Source: Patescibacteria group bacterium (GTDB taxonomy: Bacteria > Patescibacteriota > Microgenomatia > UBA8517). From it: a stretch of 64,000 bases of DNA. The stretch lies in contig DATDRP010000001.1 in the NCBI GenBank assembly GCA_035291665.1, positions 2,569 through 66,568 on the forward strand, read 5' to 3'. The notes beneath the pieces were generated by a model that saw only the letters and a program-made list of their open reading frames with translations, was not told the origin of the DNA and searched no databases. Below, piece after piece: positions 8,484 to 18,504 of this stretch. How positions within the stretch are numbered: position 1 is the first letter of the stretch; each line of letters begins with the position of its first letter. Made by a program: the position numbers and the translations under genes.

Positions 8484-9956
8484 ATGAAGAAATTAGTCTC
8501 AGCTATTATCTCTCTCGTATTATTATATTCTTTAGCGGCTTCAACTTATGCTCAGGAAAGTGGTATCCAAATAGATGCAACGGGTTCGGCTCCTGCGGGG
8601 GTCGAAACAGGAAGTGCGGGTGTTGGTACAAAAATGATTGCTCCCGATGCGATTTTCCCTCCTTATAACAACGGTTCATCGCCATTTGGGCAAAAACATG
8701 GTTATACGGTCACATTTCGGGGAAATGGCGATGCTGTTGTTAGTGCCCGGCTTGTTGTTGGGAATCAAAGCGATAAAGATCTGGAAAAGGTTACTTATCG
8801 AATTCCAAGGGTTTCTCCGACTGACATCTATGTCTTCCAGATCATAAAGCAAAAAAGCTGCAATCGATATGACTATCCGGCTTATGATCCTGTCACAAGA
8901 AGATACCCCCAGCAAGTTTGTACCGAATGGGCTGAACCGGATTATTACAACGACTATTCCTATTATCAGGCGAAATACCAAAAAGCTGATTATGAATTTT
9001 CCGGAGATGAATTAAAAATTACTTTTCCCACCCCAATTGAAAGTCAAAAAGCAGGCGCTTTATTTTTGTATTTCCGCTCATCTGGCTATGCGAAGAAGGC
9101 TTCGTTCGGTGCTTATTCATACACTTTTGAATCTCTGAAGGCGATGGACTCAATCATAAGTTTGAGCGTCGGAATCGCTACCGACTCAGATTTATACCTC
9201 AAGGGAGTTGAGGCTAATGTTAACTACAGATTCGAAGATGTCGCTCCGAAGCTAGCCTCGGTTAATTCCGGTTTCGGTGCAGTCGCCATGGAAAATTCAT
9301 CCCTTGATTCCTATGTTTCTTCTATCGGACAAGGATCTATTTACAAAACCGCTTCAAATTTGGCGCCCCTTGAGTCATACCAAGTAGAAGGCTCATATGC
9401 CGACTCACGCGCAAAACTTTATGCCAAAGAAATTATGTGGGTTGGGGGAGGAGTCCTTTTTGTAATAGTTCTTATCTTACTTCTTGTCCGATTGGTAATT
9501 AAGGTGTTCTCGCACAACGTTCGCGGCGAGGTAAAAAATGACGATAACGAAAAGTCAGGTAAAGAAGGCAACGGACAAATGATGCTTCTTGCGTTGGGAG
9601 TTGGTTTTGTTGCATCTTTCTTAACGCTTGCCTATACGGTGGGAATGTTTATTGCCGGGTCTCTCATGAGCCAAGCTTTGGGGTATTCTTTCCAGTCGGC
9701 GGTTATTGTTTTCTTTATAATTATGTCACTTATGGTGTATCCCTTGCTTTTATTCGTACCGGGCATATTAATCGGTGCAAAAAAGAAAAGCATCGGTTGG
9801 GGAGTTGCTGTGGTGGGGTCAACCTTCGGCTGGGTATTTCTATTGGGGATAGTACTTTTTGTCGTATTTTATTTTTTTCGATCAAGTGGAAATATAGGGA
9901 TTTACGATATGGTGTTGGGTAAATCGGCTCCCATGGGAAGTCCGATGATGGAGTAA
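8484..9956 (+). CDS. secreted/membrane protein (N-terminal signal peptide, C-terminal multi-TM region)
   Basis: Signal peptide MKKLVSAIISLVLLYSLAASTYAQ. The C-terminal third holds about four hydrophobic helices. Confidence 0.5.
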   Translation: MKKLVSAIISLVLLYSLAASTYAQESGIQIDATGSAPAGVETGSAGVGTKMIAPDAIFPPYNNGSSPFGQKHGYTVTFRGNGDAVVSARLVVGNQSDKDLEKVTYRIPRVSPTDIYVFQIIKQKSCNRYDYPAYDPVTRRYPQQVCTEWAEPDYYNDYSYYQAKYQKADYEFSGDELKITFPTPIESQKAGALFLYFRSSGYAKKASFGAYSYTFESLKAMDSIISLSVGIATDSDLYLKGVEANVNYRFEDVAPKLASVNSGFGAVAMENSSLDSYVSSIGQGSIYKTASNLAPLESYQVEGSYADSRAKLYAKEIMWVGGGVLFVIVLILLLVRLVIKVFSHNVRGEVKNDDNEKSGKEGNGQMMLLALGVGFVASFLTLAYTVGMFIAGSLMSQALGYSFQSAVIVFFIIMSLMVYPLLLFVPGILIGAKKKSIGWGVAVVGSTFGWVFLLGIVLFVVFYFFRSSGNIGIYDMVLGKSAPMGSPMME

Positions 9957-10011
9957 GTAAATTAGGGTAGCACCATTTTCTTCTTCTGACCAAAAAACCG
10001 GTTAAAAAATC

Positions 10012-10923
10012 TCAGATTTTTACTTTTATGGAGGGACTCATTGAAGCTTTGAAATAAGCTTTTACGATTGTTTTTGGTCCCAAAGTCTCGAGTATCACAT
10101 TCGCATTTTCAATTAATTTTTTATCATCCATACTTTCTTTTCCGAAAGTGGTGTGGATAATCGGTGCGTCTTTTTCTGTTTTTATTGTTTTTGCGTCAGC
10201 TGAAAATTCTGAAATGGCTTTTGTATTTTTGATCAAAGTTCCATTTTTCGGATTTGGCATCATGCCTTTCGGACCAAGAAGCCGAGCAAATGGCACAAGT
10301 TTTGGCATCATATCTGCTGTTGCCAATAAAACATCAAAGTCGATCTTTCCTTTTTTAAGTTTTTCTATGGTTTTATCGTCCGCTACTTCAACTGCTCTTT
10401 GTTTACCGAATGAATTGGGGAGTGTAACGTTCACATTTACACCGGTTTTTTTGACAACCAGATGCATTTCCAAAGTACCATCAAATTTGGAAATATTTGT
10501 TTCTTTTGCAAGTTTAATAGCATCGGCAGTTGAATAAAGCTTACCCGAATCGATTTTGGCTTTCGCAGCTTTATATTTCGCTCCTCTAACGCGGATTTTC
10601 TTCTGTTTTTTATTTTCAGCTTCGGTAGTTACCGTATCTTCAACGACGACTTCTTCCGCAGGAAGCTCGGCTCCGATAACTTTGATTCTTTCGCCGCCTT
10701 TTAAGCCAAGACCTGCTACTTGAGCTTTGTCTTTCTTTTTTCCGCCATCAGCCTGAACTTTCTGCTTTGCTTCTGCTTCTGCGCGTTTTTGCTGTTTAAG
10801 TTTGTATTTATCTTCGCTGGAAAGCGCTTCTTCCGTGACGCCTCCGACGAATGCTGTTTTAGTTTTTCCCATGATTTTTAATGTTTTTTTATAATTTTTC
10901 TTAAAAAATAAGTAAAAAATCAC
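10012..10923 (-). CDS. rplA: 50S ribosomal protein L1 with ~100-aa Lys/Ala/Glu-rich N-terminal extension (true start possibly ATG at 10872)
   Basis: L1 core motifs are present (FARLLGPKGMMPNPKNGT.., DFDVLLATADMMPKLV). Confidence 0.8.
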   Translation of the reverse strand: MIFYLFFKKNYKKTLKIMGKTKTAFVGGVTEEALSSEDKYKLKQQKRAEAEAKQKVQADGGKKKDKAQVAGLGLKGGERIKVIGAELPAEEVVVEDTVTTEAENKKQKKIRVRGAKYKAAKAKIDSGKLYSTADAIKLAKETNISKFDGTLEMHLVVKKTGVNVNVTLPNSFGKQRAVEVADDKTIEKLKKGKIDFDVLLATADMMPKLVPFARLLGPKGMMPNPKNGTLIKNTKAISEFSADAKTIKTEKDAPIIHTTFGKESMDDKKLIENANVILETLGPKTIVKAYFKASMSPSIKVKI

Positions 10924-10966
10924 AAGATTAGCAGCTTTAGCTGCGCACTTATGATTCGTTTATTGG

Positions 10967-11215
10967 TTACCAAGTTACTTCTTTGTTCCTGGGACACCAG
11001 TCACAACCGTTGTGCGGGACATTTATTTGCTCTAAACCCTCAACGATGCTTTTATCAGAACTTAATATAACTTTAATCATTTTTGTTGAAGGGGGTGTAC
11101 ATGCATTTCCATCTGCTTTACAAACTAATCGAGCCCCTCCTTCTTTTCCATAAGATTCAACTTCCAAATTAGGAAATAACCCTTTCATATTCTTTGATAA
11201 TGGTATGGTATGCAT
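10967..11215 (-). CDS. small Cys-containing hypothetical protein inserted between rplK and rplA
   Basis: 82-aa ORF with CKADGNAC .. CDWC spacing (possible zinc-ribbon-like). The position is atypical for this operon. Confidence 0.35.
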   Translation of the reverse strand: MHTIPLSKNMKGLFPNLEVESYGKEGGARLVCKADGNACTPPSTKMIKVILSSDKSIVEGLEQINVPHNGCDWCPRNKEVTW

Positions 11216-11324
11216 TTTTATTTTAATAAATGTAAATACTTTTACTTTTCTACTTTCCTGCTCTTTTACTCTATTTTCACTGATTTATCTGCGTAAATCC
11301 GCTTCTAATCCGTGATAATCTTTA

Positions 11325-11747
11325 TTACTCTACTTTCACTCCCATTGATCTTGCTGTGCCTTCAACTATCTTCATCGCAGCTTCAACGTCAAGTGCATTC
11401 AGATCATCCATCTTATCTTTTGCAATTTCTTCAACCTGTTTTTTTGTTAGTGTTCCGACAATTTCTCTTGGAGTGGTGCCTGATCCTTTTTCAAGCTTAA
11501 GAACTTTTTTTATCATGTCGGCAACGGGTGCTTTTTTTGTCTCGAAAATAAAACTTCTGTCTTCAAAAATGGTAATTACTGCAGGCACAACTTCACCTTT
11601 TTGAGCTGAAGTCCTATCGTTATAAGATTTCACAAAATCCATGATCGCAACACCGTGTTGTCCCAGAGCGGTACCAACCGGCGGTGCCGGTGTTGCTTCT
11701 CCGGCTTTTAGATTAAGTTTGATTATTGTTTTTACTTTCTTGGCCAT
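11325..11747 (-). CDS. rplK: 50S ribosomal protein L11
   Basis: [43 protein letters not shown].. is a textbook L11 N-terminus. Confidence 0.9.
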   Translation of the reverse strand: MAKKVKTIIKLNLKAGEATPAPPVGTALGQHGVAIMDFVKSYNDRTSAQKGEVVPAVITIFEDRSFIFETKKAPVADMIKKVLKLEKGSGTTPREIVGTLTKKQVEEIAKDKMDDLNALDVEAAMKIVEGTARSMGVKVE

Positions 11748-11941
11748 ACCTAAGATATTAAAAATTAGTAATTAGAAATTAGGAATTACCGTCAGGAGAA
11801 AACATGCGTACATCGGATAAACTTCAACTTTCGATTTAGCCCTTTATTGCTGCCTATAACCTGACGGGCTTAACCTCCCTCGAAAGTCCTTCGAGGTAGT
11901 GCTATTATATTATTAATCGTTTTTTTAGTAAAGAGGAATGT

Positions 11942-12403
11942 ATGGTAAATAATGAACCCGGTAAAGAAGTTGATAATAATCCAGCCATTATAGACCAGGG
12001 CAAGCAAATGAAAGTTCAAATTGACCTGGGTACTACAAATGAAATATGGCGGCAATCGGGAGCTGATTCCTTAAAAATCGAGAATGACAAGGAAATCAGA
12101 TATCAAGCAGTCCCTTTTTCTTATGGGTCTAATGGTGAAATAGTACAAGTTAATAACTTTCTGATTCCAGCAAACATAGGGATCGGTGAATATGGATCGG
12201 TAAAAGTTGGAAAAATAGTACCAGGTGATGATCGCGAAGGAGAGTTTTTGATTTTAAGTGACGTTAAAGATAATGTAATGCCACTATTAAAATTCGTAAA
12301 AAGAATTGAGGAGTTTAATAGGGTAATTGCCATTACACACGGAAAAGAGAATTACTTTGATCCTACAAAGAAAATTTTGATTGATCTTCCGAAAGAAAAA
12401 TAA
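11942..12403 (+). CDS. hypothetical protein
   Basis: 153-aa ORF on the opposite strand inside the secE-nusG-rplKAJL cluster. Confidence 0.4.
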   Translation: MVNNEPGKEVDNNPAIIDQGKQMKVQIDLGTTNEIWRQSGADSLKIENDKEIRYQAVPFSYGSNGEIVQVNNFLIPANIGIGEYGSVKVGKIVPGDDREGEFLILSDVKDNVMPLLKFVKRIEEFNRVIAITHGKENYFDPTKKILIDLPKEK

Positions 12404-12404
12404 A

Positions 12405-12761
12405 ATGTCATATTGCGACAGACCTGGTGTATACCTGCGGGGAAGAGAAATTTGTATAAATTGCTCACCCGGAAGACGGGGTGAAGTTGCCAAAATAGTG
12501 AATCAGACAAGAATTTATTATTTACCCCACACTATCGAATCTGTAGTTGTAATTGCCAGAAAAATATATGAACAGAGGGTTGCAGCTGGAGACCAGGCTT
12601 TTAGTACTGTTGAACAAGAAACTGCCGATTTAGTTAAAGCAGAAGCCCTATTAAAATCTTACATTTCTGAAAACGGAAAACATGAAGTTAATAACGAAGG
12701 TGAAAGAACTAAAGAAATATGTACTGCGTTAGAAGATAGAAGAAATGGGAATGGCAGGTAA
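12405..12761 (+). CDS. hypothetical protein with N-terminal Cys pairs
   Basis: ATG at 12405 (MSYCDRPGVYLRGREICINCSPGRRGE..). The tracked ORF 12381..12761 has an in-frame upstream start. Confidence 0.4.
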   Translation: MSYCDRPGVYLRGREICINCSPGRRGEVAKIVNQTRIYYLPHTIESVVVIARKIYEQRVAAGDQAFSTVEQETADLVKAEALLKSYISENGKHEVNNEGERTKEICTALEDRRNGNGR

Positions 12762-12772
12762 TTTTTACTAAA

Positions 12773-13087
12773 CTAAGATTTTGGATCTGGGTCGATCAGT
12801 TCACCGTTGGATTCTTTCTGTGAAGTAATTTCTTGGATGCGATTATATAATTTTGAAGCACACGCGCAACCCTTACCTGCTTCGACTCTCAATCTTTTCA
12901 CATAGTTATTCCAAGATTCTCTTGGCCAAAAAGGTCCGTTACCAAATCGTTCAAATGAGGAAGTTCTGGCTCCACCAGTCTGGCTTTGACCAATAAATTC
13001 TCTCGAAAGACTACAACCCGTAAGTCCTTCTTTTGGGTCACATAGGCCTAACTTACCATATTGGTGCTTACACTCTATTTCAGGCAT
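12773..13087 (-). CDS. hypothetical protein
   Basis: 104-aa ORF between nusG and rplK on the same strand as both. Confidence 0.4.
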   Translation of the reverse strand: MPEIECKHQYGKLGLCDPKEGLTGCSLSREFIGQSQTGGARTSSFERFGNGPFWPRESWNNYVKRLRVEAGKGCACASKLYNRIQEITSQKESNGELIDPDPKS

Positions 13088-13248
13088 GGGAATATTATAT
13101 AATTTTATTTTAAGTACTTCAACCTATAACAATAATTAATTATACTTTTGTAATCCGGAGTAAATCCAATTCAATCCAACTAATCTTATCTTTTGTCTTT
13201 ACGTTCTGTTCGAAAACGACTCAAGATGCGATTTTAGATGGATTTTCA

Positions 13249-13860
13249 CTAGACTTTAGTAATTTGTAACAAGTCTAGCTCGACCGGAGTTTCGCGGCCG
13301 AATATCGAAACCAGGACTTTAACTTTTCCTTTTTCCTCGTCAATTTCGGAAATTGATCCCAAAAAGTCGGAGAAAGGTCCGTCGGTAATTTTGACGGCCT
13401 CACCCTGGGAAAATCTGGTTTTAAACCGCTTTGCAGGGGTAGATACGAACTTTTGGATATTATCGACTTCTTTTTCAGATAGTGCTGTAGGAGCGTTACC
13501 TGAACCGACAAATCCGGTAACTCCCGGGGTTGTTCGGACGGCGAGCCAAGTCGGATCGTCAAGAACCATCTTAACAAGCATATAACCGGGGAATATTTTT
13601 TCTTTTACATTAGCCTTTTTTCCACCGCGTATGATAACCCGATCCTGAGTGGGGATCATGAGTTCAAAAATATTTTTCTCCAAACTCATTGTCTCAACCC
13701 TTTGACGGAGAGTTTCTGCAACCCGTGCTTCGTGGCCGGATGAGGTGTGAACCACATACCACTTTGCCAATGGGTCATCCGTTTTGGAAATAACGATGTG
13801 GCCGGGGATTTTTTTACTCCCGGTTCCTCGTTCGTCGACGCTTTTGTCTGTGTCGTTCAT
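13249..13860 (-). CDS. nusG: transcription termination/antitermination factor NusG
   Basis: The NGN domain opens with KWYVVHTSSGHE.. and a C-terminal KOW region follows (GEAVKITDGPFSDFLGSISEID). Adjacent to secE. Confidence 0.85.
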   Translation of the reverse strand: MNDTDKSVDERGTGSKKIPGHIVISKTDDPLAKWYVVHTSSGHEARVAETLRQRVETMSLEKNIFELMIPTQDRVIIRGGKKANVKEKIFPGYMLVKMVLDDPTWLAVRTTPGVTGFVGSGNAPTALSEKEVDNIQKFVSTPAKRFKTRFSQGEAVKITDGPFSDFLGSISEIDEEKGKVKVLVSIFGRETPVELDLLQITKV

Positions 13861-13864
13861 ATTT

Positions 13865-14089
13865 TTAAGCTTTAAGCAGATATTCGATTGCTTTTACAAA
13901 TATAAAATCAAGCCCTCCAAGGTATACCGCAACAATCGCCGAGAACACAAATACAACCATAGTAAGCCTTATAACTTCAGCTTTTTTTGGCCATACAACT
14001 TTTGATAACTCGACTCTAACCTCGCGTATGAATTCAATAGCTGCTTTCACAACAACAAGAATTTTAACAAAATAAGCGTAAATAAGCAA
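13865..14089 (-). CDS. secE: preprotein translocase subunit SecE
   Basis: Single TM helix (LTMVVFVFSAIVAVYLGGLDFIF) in a small protein just upstream of nusG. Start codon uncertain. Confidence 0.6.
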   Translation of the reverse strand: MLIYAYFVKILVVVKAAIEFIREVRVELSKVVWPKKAEVIRLTMVVFVFSAIVAVYLGGLDFIFVKAIEYLLKA

Positions 14090-14233
14090 TAAACATTAGA
14101 AGTTAGTGCAGAAAGAAAAGCGAAAAGTAAAATGAGTTTAAAATTACTATATTAACCGTACAAGGACAGTCCTTGTACGTAAAAGGAGTATTTACGAAAA
14201 GCGGGGTATCTTAAATCAACCATTTCTGAAATT

Positions 14234-14806
14234 TTGATCTGGGATGGTATAATGTTGGAAAACATGAGATCCGAAAGAAGATCCTCCAGAATCAGAACGA
14301 GAAGCCTTAGGTTATTCGGTCATCCGGTTTTTGAGGTAGAAGAGACTGTCAAAGAGCCAGACGGGATAAAAGCTGAATTAAAGGGAGACAGGTCGGTGGT
14401 ATTAACTTACCCAGGTGGAGATACGGAAACAATTACATCAAACGTTCCTGTACCTAAACAAGTAATAGATAAAACTGAAATTGCGGCTCTTATAACAACA
14501 AAACTGGCCTTGAACGATGCATTTTCGGACGAGCGAAGCGGAGTCGATCAGGTGGGTTTTGTAACGCAGGAAGATGCGGAAGTGCCTGATCTACCCGAAA
14601 ATAACCGACAACACTATAAAGATGCGTTGGAATGGGCGGGAAATTATTTAAAAGCAATTAAGACAAAAGGCAAACCGAAATGGACACCTGAAACTATAGC
14701 TGAATATTGGGTAGGATCCAATAAATTTGCAAGTAATTTCCCGGAAGAAGACAAACTACGAGCAACTTATAGGTTAGCCAACACTCTACGTGAGTTCTTC
14801 AATTGA
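14234..14806 (+). CDS. hypothetical protein
   Basis: 190-aa ORF. Confidence 0.4.
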   Translation: MIWDGIMLENMRSERRSSRIRTRSLRLFGHPVFEVEETVKEPDGIKAELKGDRSVVLTYPGGDTETITSNVPVPKQVIDKTEIAALITTKLALNDAFSDERSGVDQVGFVTQEDAEVPDLPENNRQHYKDALEWAGNYLKAIKTKGKPKWTPETIAEYWVGSNKFASNFPEEDKLRATYRLANTLREFFN

Positions 14807-14814
14807 GATTAATC

Positions 14815-15105
14815 CTATGGCTTCGGAGTAAACTGATCCGTGGAACAAAGTGCCCCTTCCATAATTCTTGCGAAATTTATTTGTGTAATTCTATTCCTGC
14901 TTAGATCGCAGGGTTTACACCTTTCACCAATTCTGTAAGAAATTGTAAAATTCTCATCATCGATTTGAATATCCTTGTCGGTTGGTACCAAGTGGCTGAC
15001 AATACTTCCAAATCTACCCCAAGGATCTATTTTTTTTACACGAAAATATAAACAATCTTTGCAGGAACCGGGAGGTTTTTCGTATTCACTCATTACAAGT
15101 GACAT
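14815..15105 (-). CDS. small Cys-containing hypothetical protein
   Basis: 96-aa ORF with CKDC .. CKPC pairs. Confidence 0.35.
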   Translation of the reverse strand: MSLVMSEYEKPPGSCKDCLYFRVKKIDPWGRFGSIVSHLVPTDKDIQIDDENFTISYRIGERCKPCDLSRNRITQINFARIMEGALCSTDQFTPKP

Positions 15106-15188
15106 AAATTAATAAAAGAATTATAACTTATGATTATAACTTATTCTGTTGTACGATTTACAAAACCAGTATTGATATTTTGAATCAA

Positions 15189-15563
15189 TCATTCTGTGAA
15201 AAAGGTATTCTTTTTGTTCTTCTTCAGATTAATTCTACCGATGTCATAAGCTGCAAGAATTACCTCTCTGGCTGCATCATATTTAACGAATTGAACCGGT
15301 CTTGCGGTGCAGTTTTCGTCTTTAACAACTGATGACAAGGTAAAGTTTATTAATTGACGGCACCCCCTGAAAAATACTTTATATTTCAGTAGTGGGTTGA
15401 GTCCGTCTGGGGAAATACCCAACGCTTTCAATTCGTCTACGCTTTTCCAACTTGGTACGGCGAGTGCACAATTATTGCAATTTTGTTCCGAACGGTCAAT
15501 TTTCATTTGAATTATTATAATAAAAGATTTGAAGTTGGCAAGGGGAGTTAGATCCAAATTCAA
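15189..15563 (-). CDS. small Cys-containing hypothetical protein
   Basis: 124-aa ORF; the probable start is the internal MKIDRSEQNCNNC. Confidence 0.35.
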   Translation of the reverse strand: MNLDLTPLANFKSFIIIIQMKIDRSEQNCNNCALAVPSWKSVDELKALGISPDGLNPLLKYKVFFRGCRQLINFTLSSVVKDENCTARPVQFVKYDAAREVILAAYDIGRINLKKNKKNTFFTE

Positions 15564-15616
15564 TATTTGTATTCGTTTACTTAATATCCTAATATCTTCA
15601 GTAAGTAAATCCCTAT

Positions 15617-16381
15617 TTGAATATGGTATGTCCGAATTTTAAATTTGAAAAAAGCATTTGGAAAAATGGATACCGAATTATAGCCGGTTGTGATGAAGTT
15701 GGAAGGGGGTCAATTGCCGGACCGGTAGTAGCAGGGTGTGTGGTTTATGACAAAAGTCAGATATCAGGTTTTAGTAGTCCGGTATTAGTTAACAAAAAAA
15801 CCGATTACAGAAATCTGAAAACTGAAAAACCGGTTTTTATAAATGATTCGAAAAAACTTACTCAAAAACAACGAGAAACGGCTAGAATATGGATAAAAAA
15901 GCATTGTCTGGTTTACGGAATCGGAACAGCTTCATCCAAAGTTATTGATAAAAAGGGGATCGTAAAAGCGACTGAAAAAGCTTTTCGCAGGGCAATTTCT
16001 TCAGCCGAAACCAAATTGGGAAAAAAGATTGAATTCTTATTGGTAGACGCATTTTATATCCCTTATATAAAAGGAATACCCATGGCAAGGAAGCGCTATC
16101 GTAGGGGAAAACTTTCAAATGGTGAGATAGACTTTATATCCCGACAGACGGCAATTATAGATGGTGATCAAAAGTCTTTTTCCATCGCTTCGGCTTCGAT
16201 TATAGCGAAAGTCTTTCGGGATAGTCTTATGGTCAGATTGAGTCAGGATCCAAGATATAAAAAATACGGCTGGGATAAAAATAAAGGCTATGGTTCAAAA
16301 CTGCATCGGGAAATGATTCTTAATAAAGGCATATCAACCCATCACAGAAAAAGCTTTTGTTCTAAGTTAATTTCAAATTGA
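15617..16381 (+). CDS. rnhB: ribonuclease HII
   Basis: IAGCDEVGRGSIAGPVVAGCVV, the metal-binding DEVGRG motif of RNase HII. Confidence 0.85.
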   Translation: MNMVCPNFKFEKSIWKNGYRIIAGCDEVGRGSIAGPVVAGCVVYDKSQISGFSSPVLVNKKTDYRNLKTEKPVFINDSKKLTQKQRETARIWIKKHCLVYGIGTASSKVIDKKGIVKATEKAFRRAISSAETKLGKKIEFLLVDAFYIPYIKGIPMARKRYRRGKLSNGEIDFISRQTAIIDGDQKSFSIASASIIAKVFRDSLMVRLSQDPRYKKYGWDKNKGYGSKLHREMILNKGISTHHRKSFCSKLISN

Positions 16382-16500
16382 CTGGTAGGATTAAGTTGAA
16401 AACCGCGTACTACGAACCAAAAAACAAAACCCCACGCTGGAGAAATTATTGAATCATTCAAGATCTTTTCTCTTTTTTTATCTTCGCTTTACTCTTAGGA

Positions 16501-16695
16501 TCAACCCTTCCTTTTTTTCTCAAGGTCAATTTTGTGCTGTTTGGCGTATTTTTGTTCTTTTCTTTTTTCGGACGGAGTCTTGTAGCGTACCCGGTCACGA
16601 AATTCCTGTAGGATACCAGAGAAGGTAACCACTTTCTTGAATCTCGCTATGAGTTTGTCGTCTGATTCGCCTTTTTTCTTTTTGACAATGACCAT
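16501..16695 (-). CDS. rpsU: 30S ribosomal protein S21
   Basis: Pattern ..KKGESDDKLIARFKK .. RYKTPSEKRKEQKYAKQHK.. matches S21. RBS ggagg lies upstream. Confidence 0.75.
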   Translation of the reverse strand: MVIVKKKKGESDDKLIARFKKVVTFSGILQEFRDRVRYKTPSEKRKEQKYAKQHKIDLEKKRKG

Positions 16696-16908
16696 AAAAG
16701 ATCGCCTCCTCTCTCAATAAGCATGTATTTTTATGGAAAAAATATTGCATATTATATCACCTGCCTCCTATTTTAACAGATTTGTAAAGAGAAAACTTAC
16801 GCGCTAGTTAAGAGTAAAAAGCGAATAGAGAGTTGCTCAATGTTTGAAGAATTGAGCAAAATTCCGCATTTTACTTTCAGTATAAATGTTGTATTTTCAT
16901 AAATAGTA

Positions 16909-17727
16909 ATGACAAAGAAAGAAGTTCCCGGACAGTTCAGCTTCGTAGTTGAGGGTGTGGTGGTTCCTCAGATTCAAAGCATTCAAGATCTGCCGGACGG
17001 AAAAGAAATAGCAAAGATTACTGAATCCCGAAAACTTTGGCATTCAGATAGGACGAATGACTTTTCTTTTTATCACGACACTCGAAGAGGGGGGTCGTTA
17101 AAAGTGTTCCGTATGGATAGTTGGCAGATTGATACACCGGTAGGTGAAGATAAAAAAGTAAACGGTGCTGTGATTGTCACACCAACTATTAATTACAGAA
17201 CAATTGAATTAATCAGCCAAAAAATTGAAGATTATTCGCAAAAGTTGAGTAGAAATAGCCCTTTCTTTATTTTCGAAGAAAAAAATGATGAAACTTTAAA
17301 AACCGAGGAAAAATTGACCCTTCTTAAAAATATGGGATTACACGAGAAACACTTTCTTTCCGGTGTTAGTTCTTCGTTTAATTTGCTTGAATCCAGAACT
17401 GAAAAACCAAGAAAAGGAAGAAAGAGTGTAAATCTTCTGGATGCGGAAAAGCACCCCAAAGCTTATCAAACAGCTACCCGAGTCTGGCGGGAAATGGTAA
17501 AGGATTATCAAAAAAGACACTTTTCAATTGTTGATGCCGAGAATTCTCCGATATTGCAGCGAATGCGTAATTCGAAAAATCCTCCGGCTGACTATCAATT
17601 GTTAAGACATGGGTGTGGAGTCAGAGTGAAAAATGAATTTTGCGGTTGTACATATGATATCGATTTTCGCGGTGATGAGCATTCTTTTTGGTTATGCCCT
17701 AACCATAATAATAAACATGAAGATTAA
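16909..17727 (+). CDS. hypothetical protein with C-terminal Cys/His cluster
   Basis: 272-aa ORF ending in CGCTYDIDFRGDEHSFWLCPNH. Confidence 0.4.
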   Translation: MTKKEVPGQFSFVVEGVVVPQIQSIQDLPDGKEIAKITESRKLWHSDRTNDFSFYHDTRRGGSLKVFRMDSWQIDTPVGEDKKVNGAVIVTPTINYRTIELISQKIEDYSQKLSRNSPFFIFEEKNDETLKTEEKLTLLKNMGLHEKHFLSGVSSSFNLLESRTEKPRKGRKSVNLLDAEKHPKAYQTATRVWREMVKDYQKRHFSIVDAENSPILQRMRNSKNPPADYQLLRHGCGVRVKNEFCGCTYDIDFRGDEHSFWLCPNHNNKHED

Positions 17728-17957
17728 TTATTGCCAAATTCAGGTCCTTGAGGTTCACCCGACATTTCTTTTCTAAGTTGTCTCCATTTTTCACCCATTC
17801 TTATTTGTTCTTTTAATTTCAGCTCAGCTTTTACAACCTCTGCTTCAGTTACAACCCTATGGGGAAAAACGAGTTCTTCATTAATTATTGTAATTTGTCT
17901 ATGGATGTAATCGGGGTTGTTAAATTTATTTTCGTACGTCACAAATATTTGTATCAT
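17724..17957 (-). CDS. hypothetical small protein
   Basis: 77-aa ORF convergent with the previous gene. Confidence 0.3.
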   Translation of the reverse strand: MIQIFVTYENKFNNPDYIHRQITIINEELVFPHRVVTEAEVVKAELKLKEQIRMGEKWRQLRKEMSGEPQGPEFGNN

Positions 17958-18087
17958 TTAATTAAAAACGAAAAAAAGGCTTGAAAATAGTGAAAATAGT
18001 AAGTTATAATATTGACTCGTGTTTGCAACAATGAATACATTTTTCGGAAAACAAATTTTTGTTACCCTCGTTCTTGGCTATAACAGA

Positions 18088-18190
18088 TTTCAAGAAAACC
18101 ACCGAGTTTGACTCGGTGAATGAATTGAATTCTGATATGTCATCCTCCTTTCGAGGAAAAACCCGAGTCTGACTCGGGGGAGGATGTCAT
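18088..18190. repeat. intergenic double-hairpin repeat, family A (full copy)
   Basis: tttcaagaaaacc - hairpin caccgagtttgactcggtg - aatgaattgaattctgatatgtcatcctcc - tttcgaggaaaaa - hairpin cccgagtctgactcggg - ggaggatgtcat. Confidence 0.7.
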
Positions 18191-18300
18191 TGGATGAGCC
18201 AAGAGGAGGCTTGTGTTTAGTTAATAATAAACAAATATTTTTACACAAACCTCCGAAAGGGGGTTTTTTAGTTTAAAAAAGTTAGTTGGGAGGTGAAAGC

Positions 18301-18501
18301 ATGAAGCGCGAACAAAAAAACACACGTACAATTTTAGAGACTCTGGCAGAGCAACAATTTGATGGGAAAATTACCAAATTTGAAATAATTGTTGGTAAAA
18401 CTCGTATTGGTACCGATCCTGTTTCCGATTGCGGCGTGCATGCCACAACCGGTATAAAAGTAACTTACAAAGACGGTTCAGAAGAATTAGTAGTACGTTG
18501 A
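18301..18501 (+). CDS. hypothetical small protein
   Basis: 66-aa ORF with RBS gggaggtgaaagc directly before the ATG at 18301. Confidence 0.45.
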   Translation: MKREQKNTRTILETLAEQQFDGKITKFEIIVGKTRIGTDPVSDCGVHATTGIKVTYKDGSEELVVR

Positions 18502-18504
18502 ATA

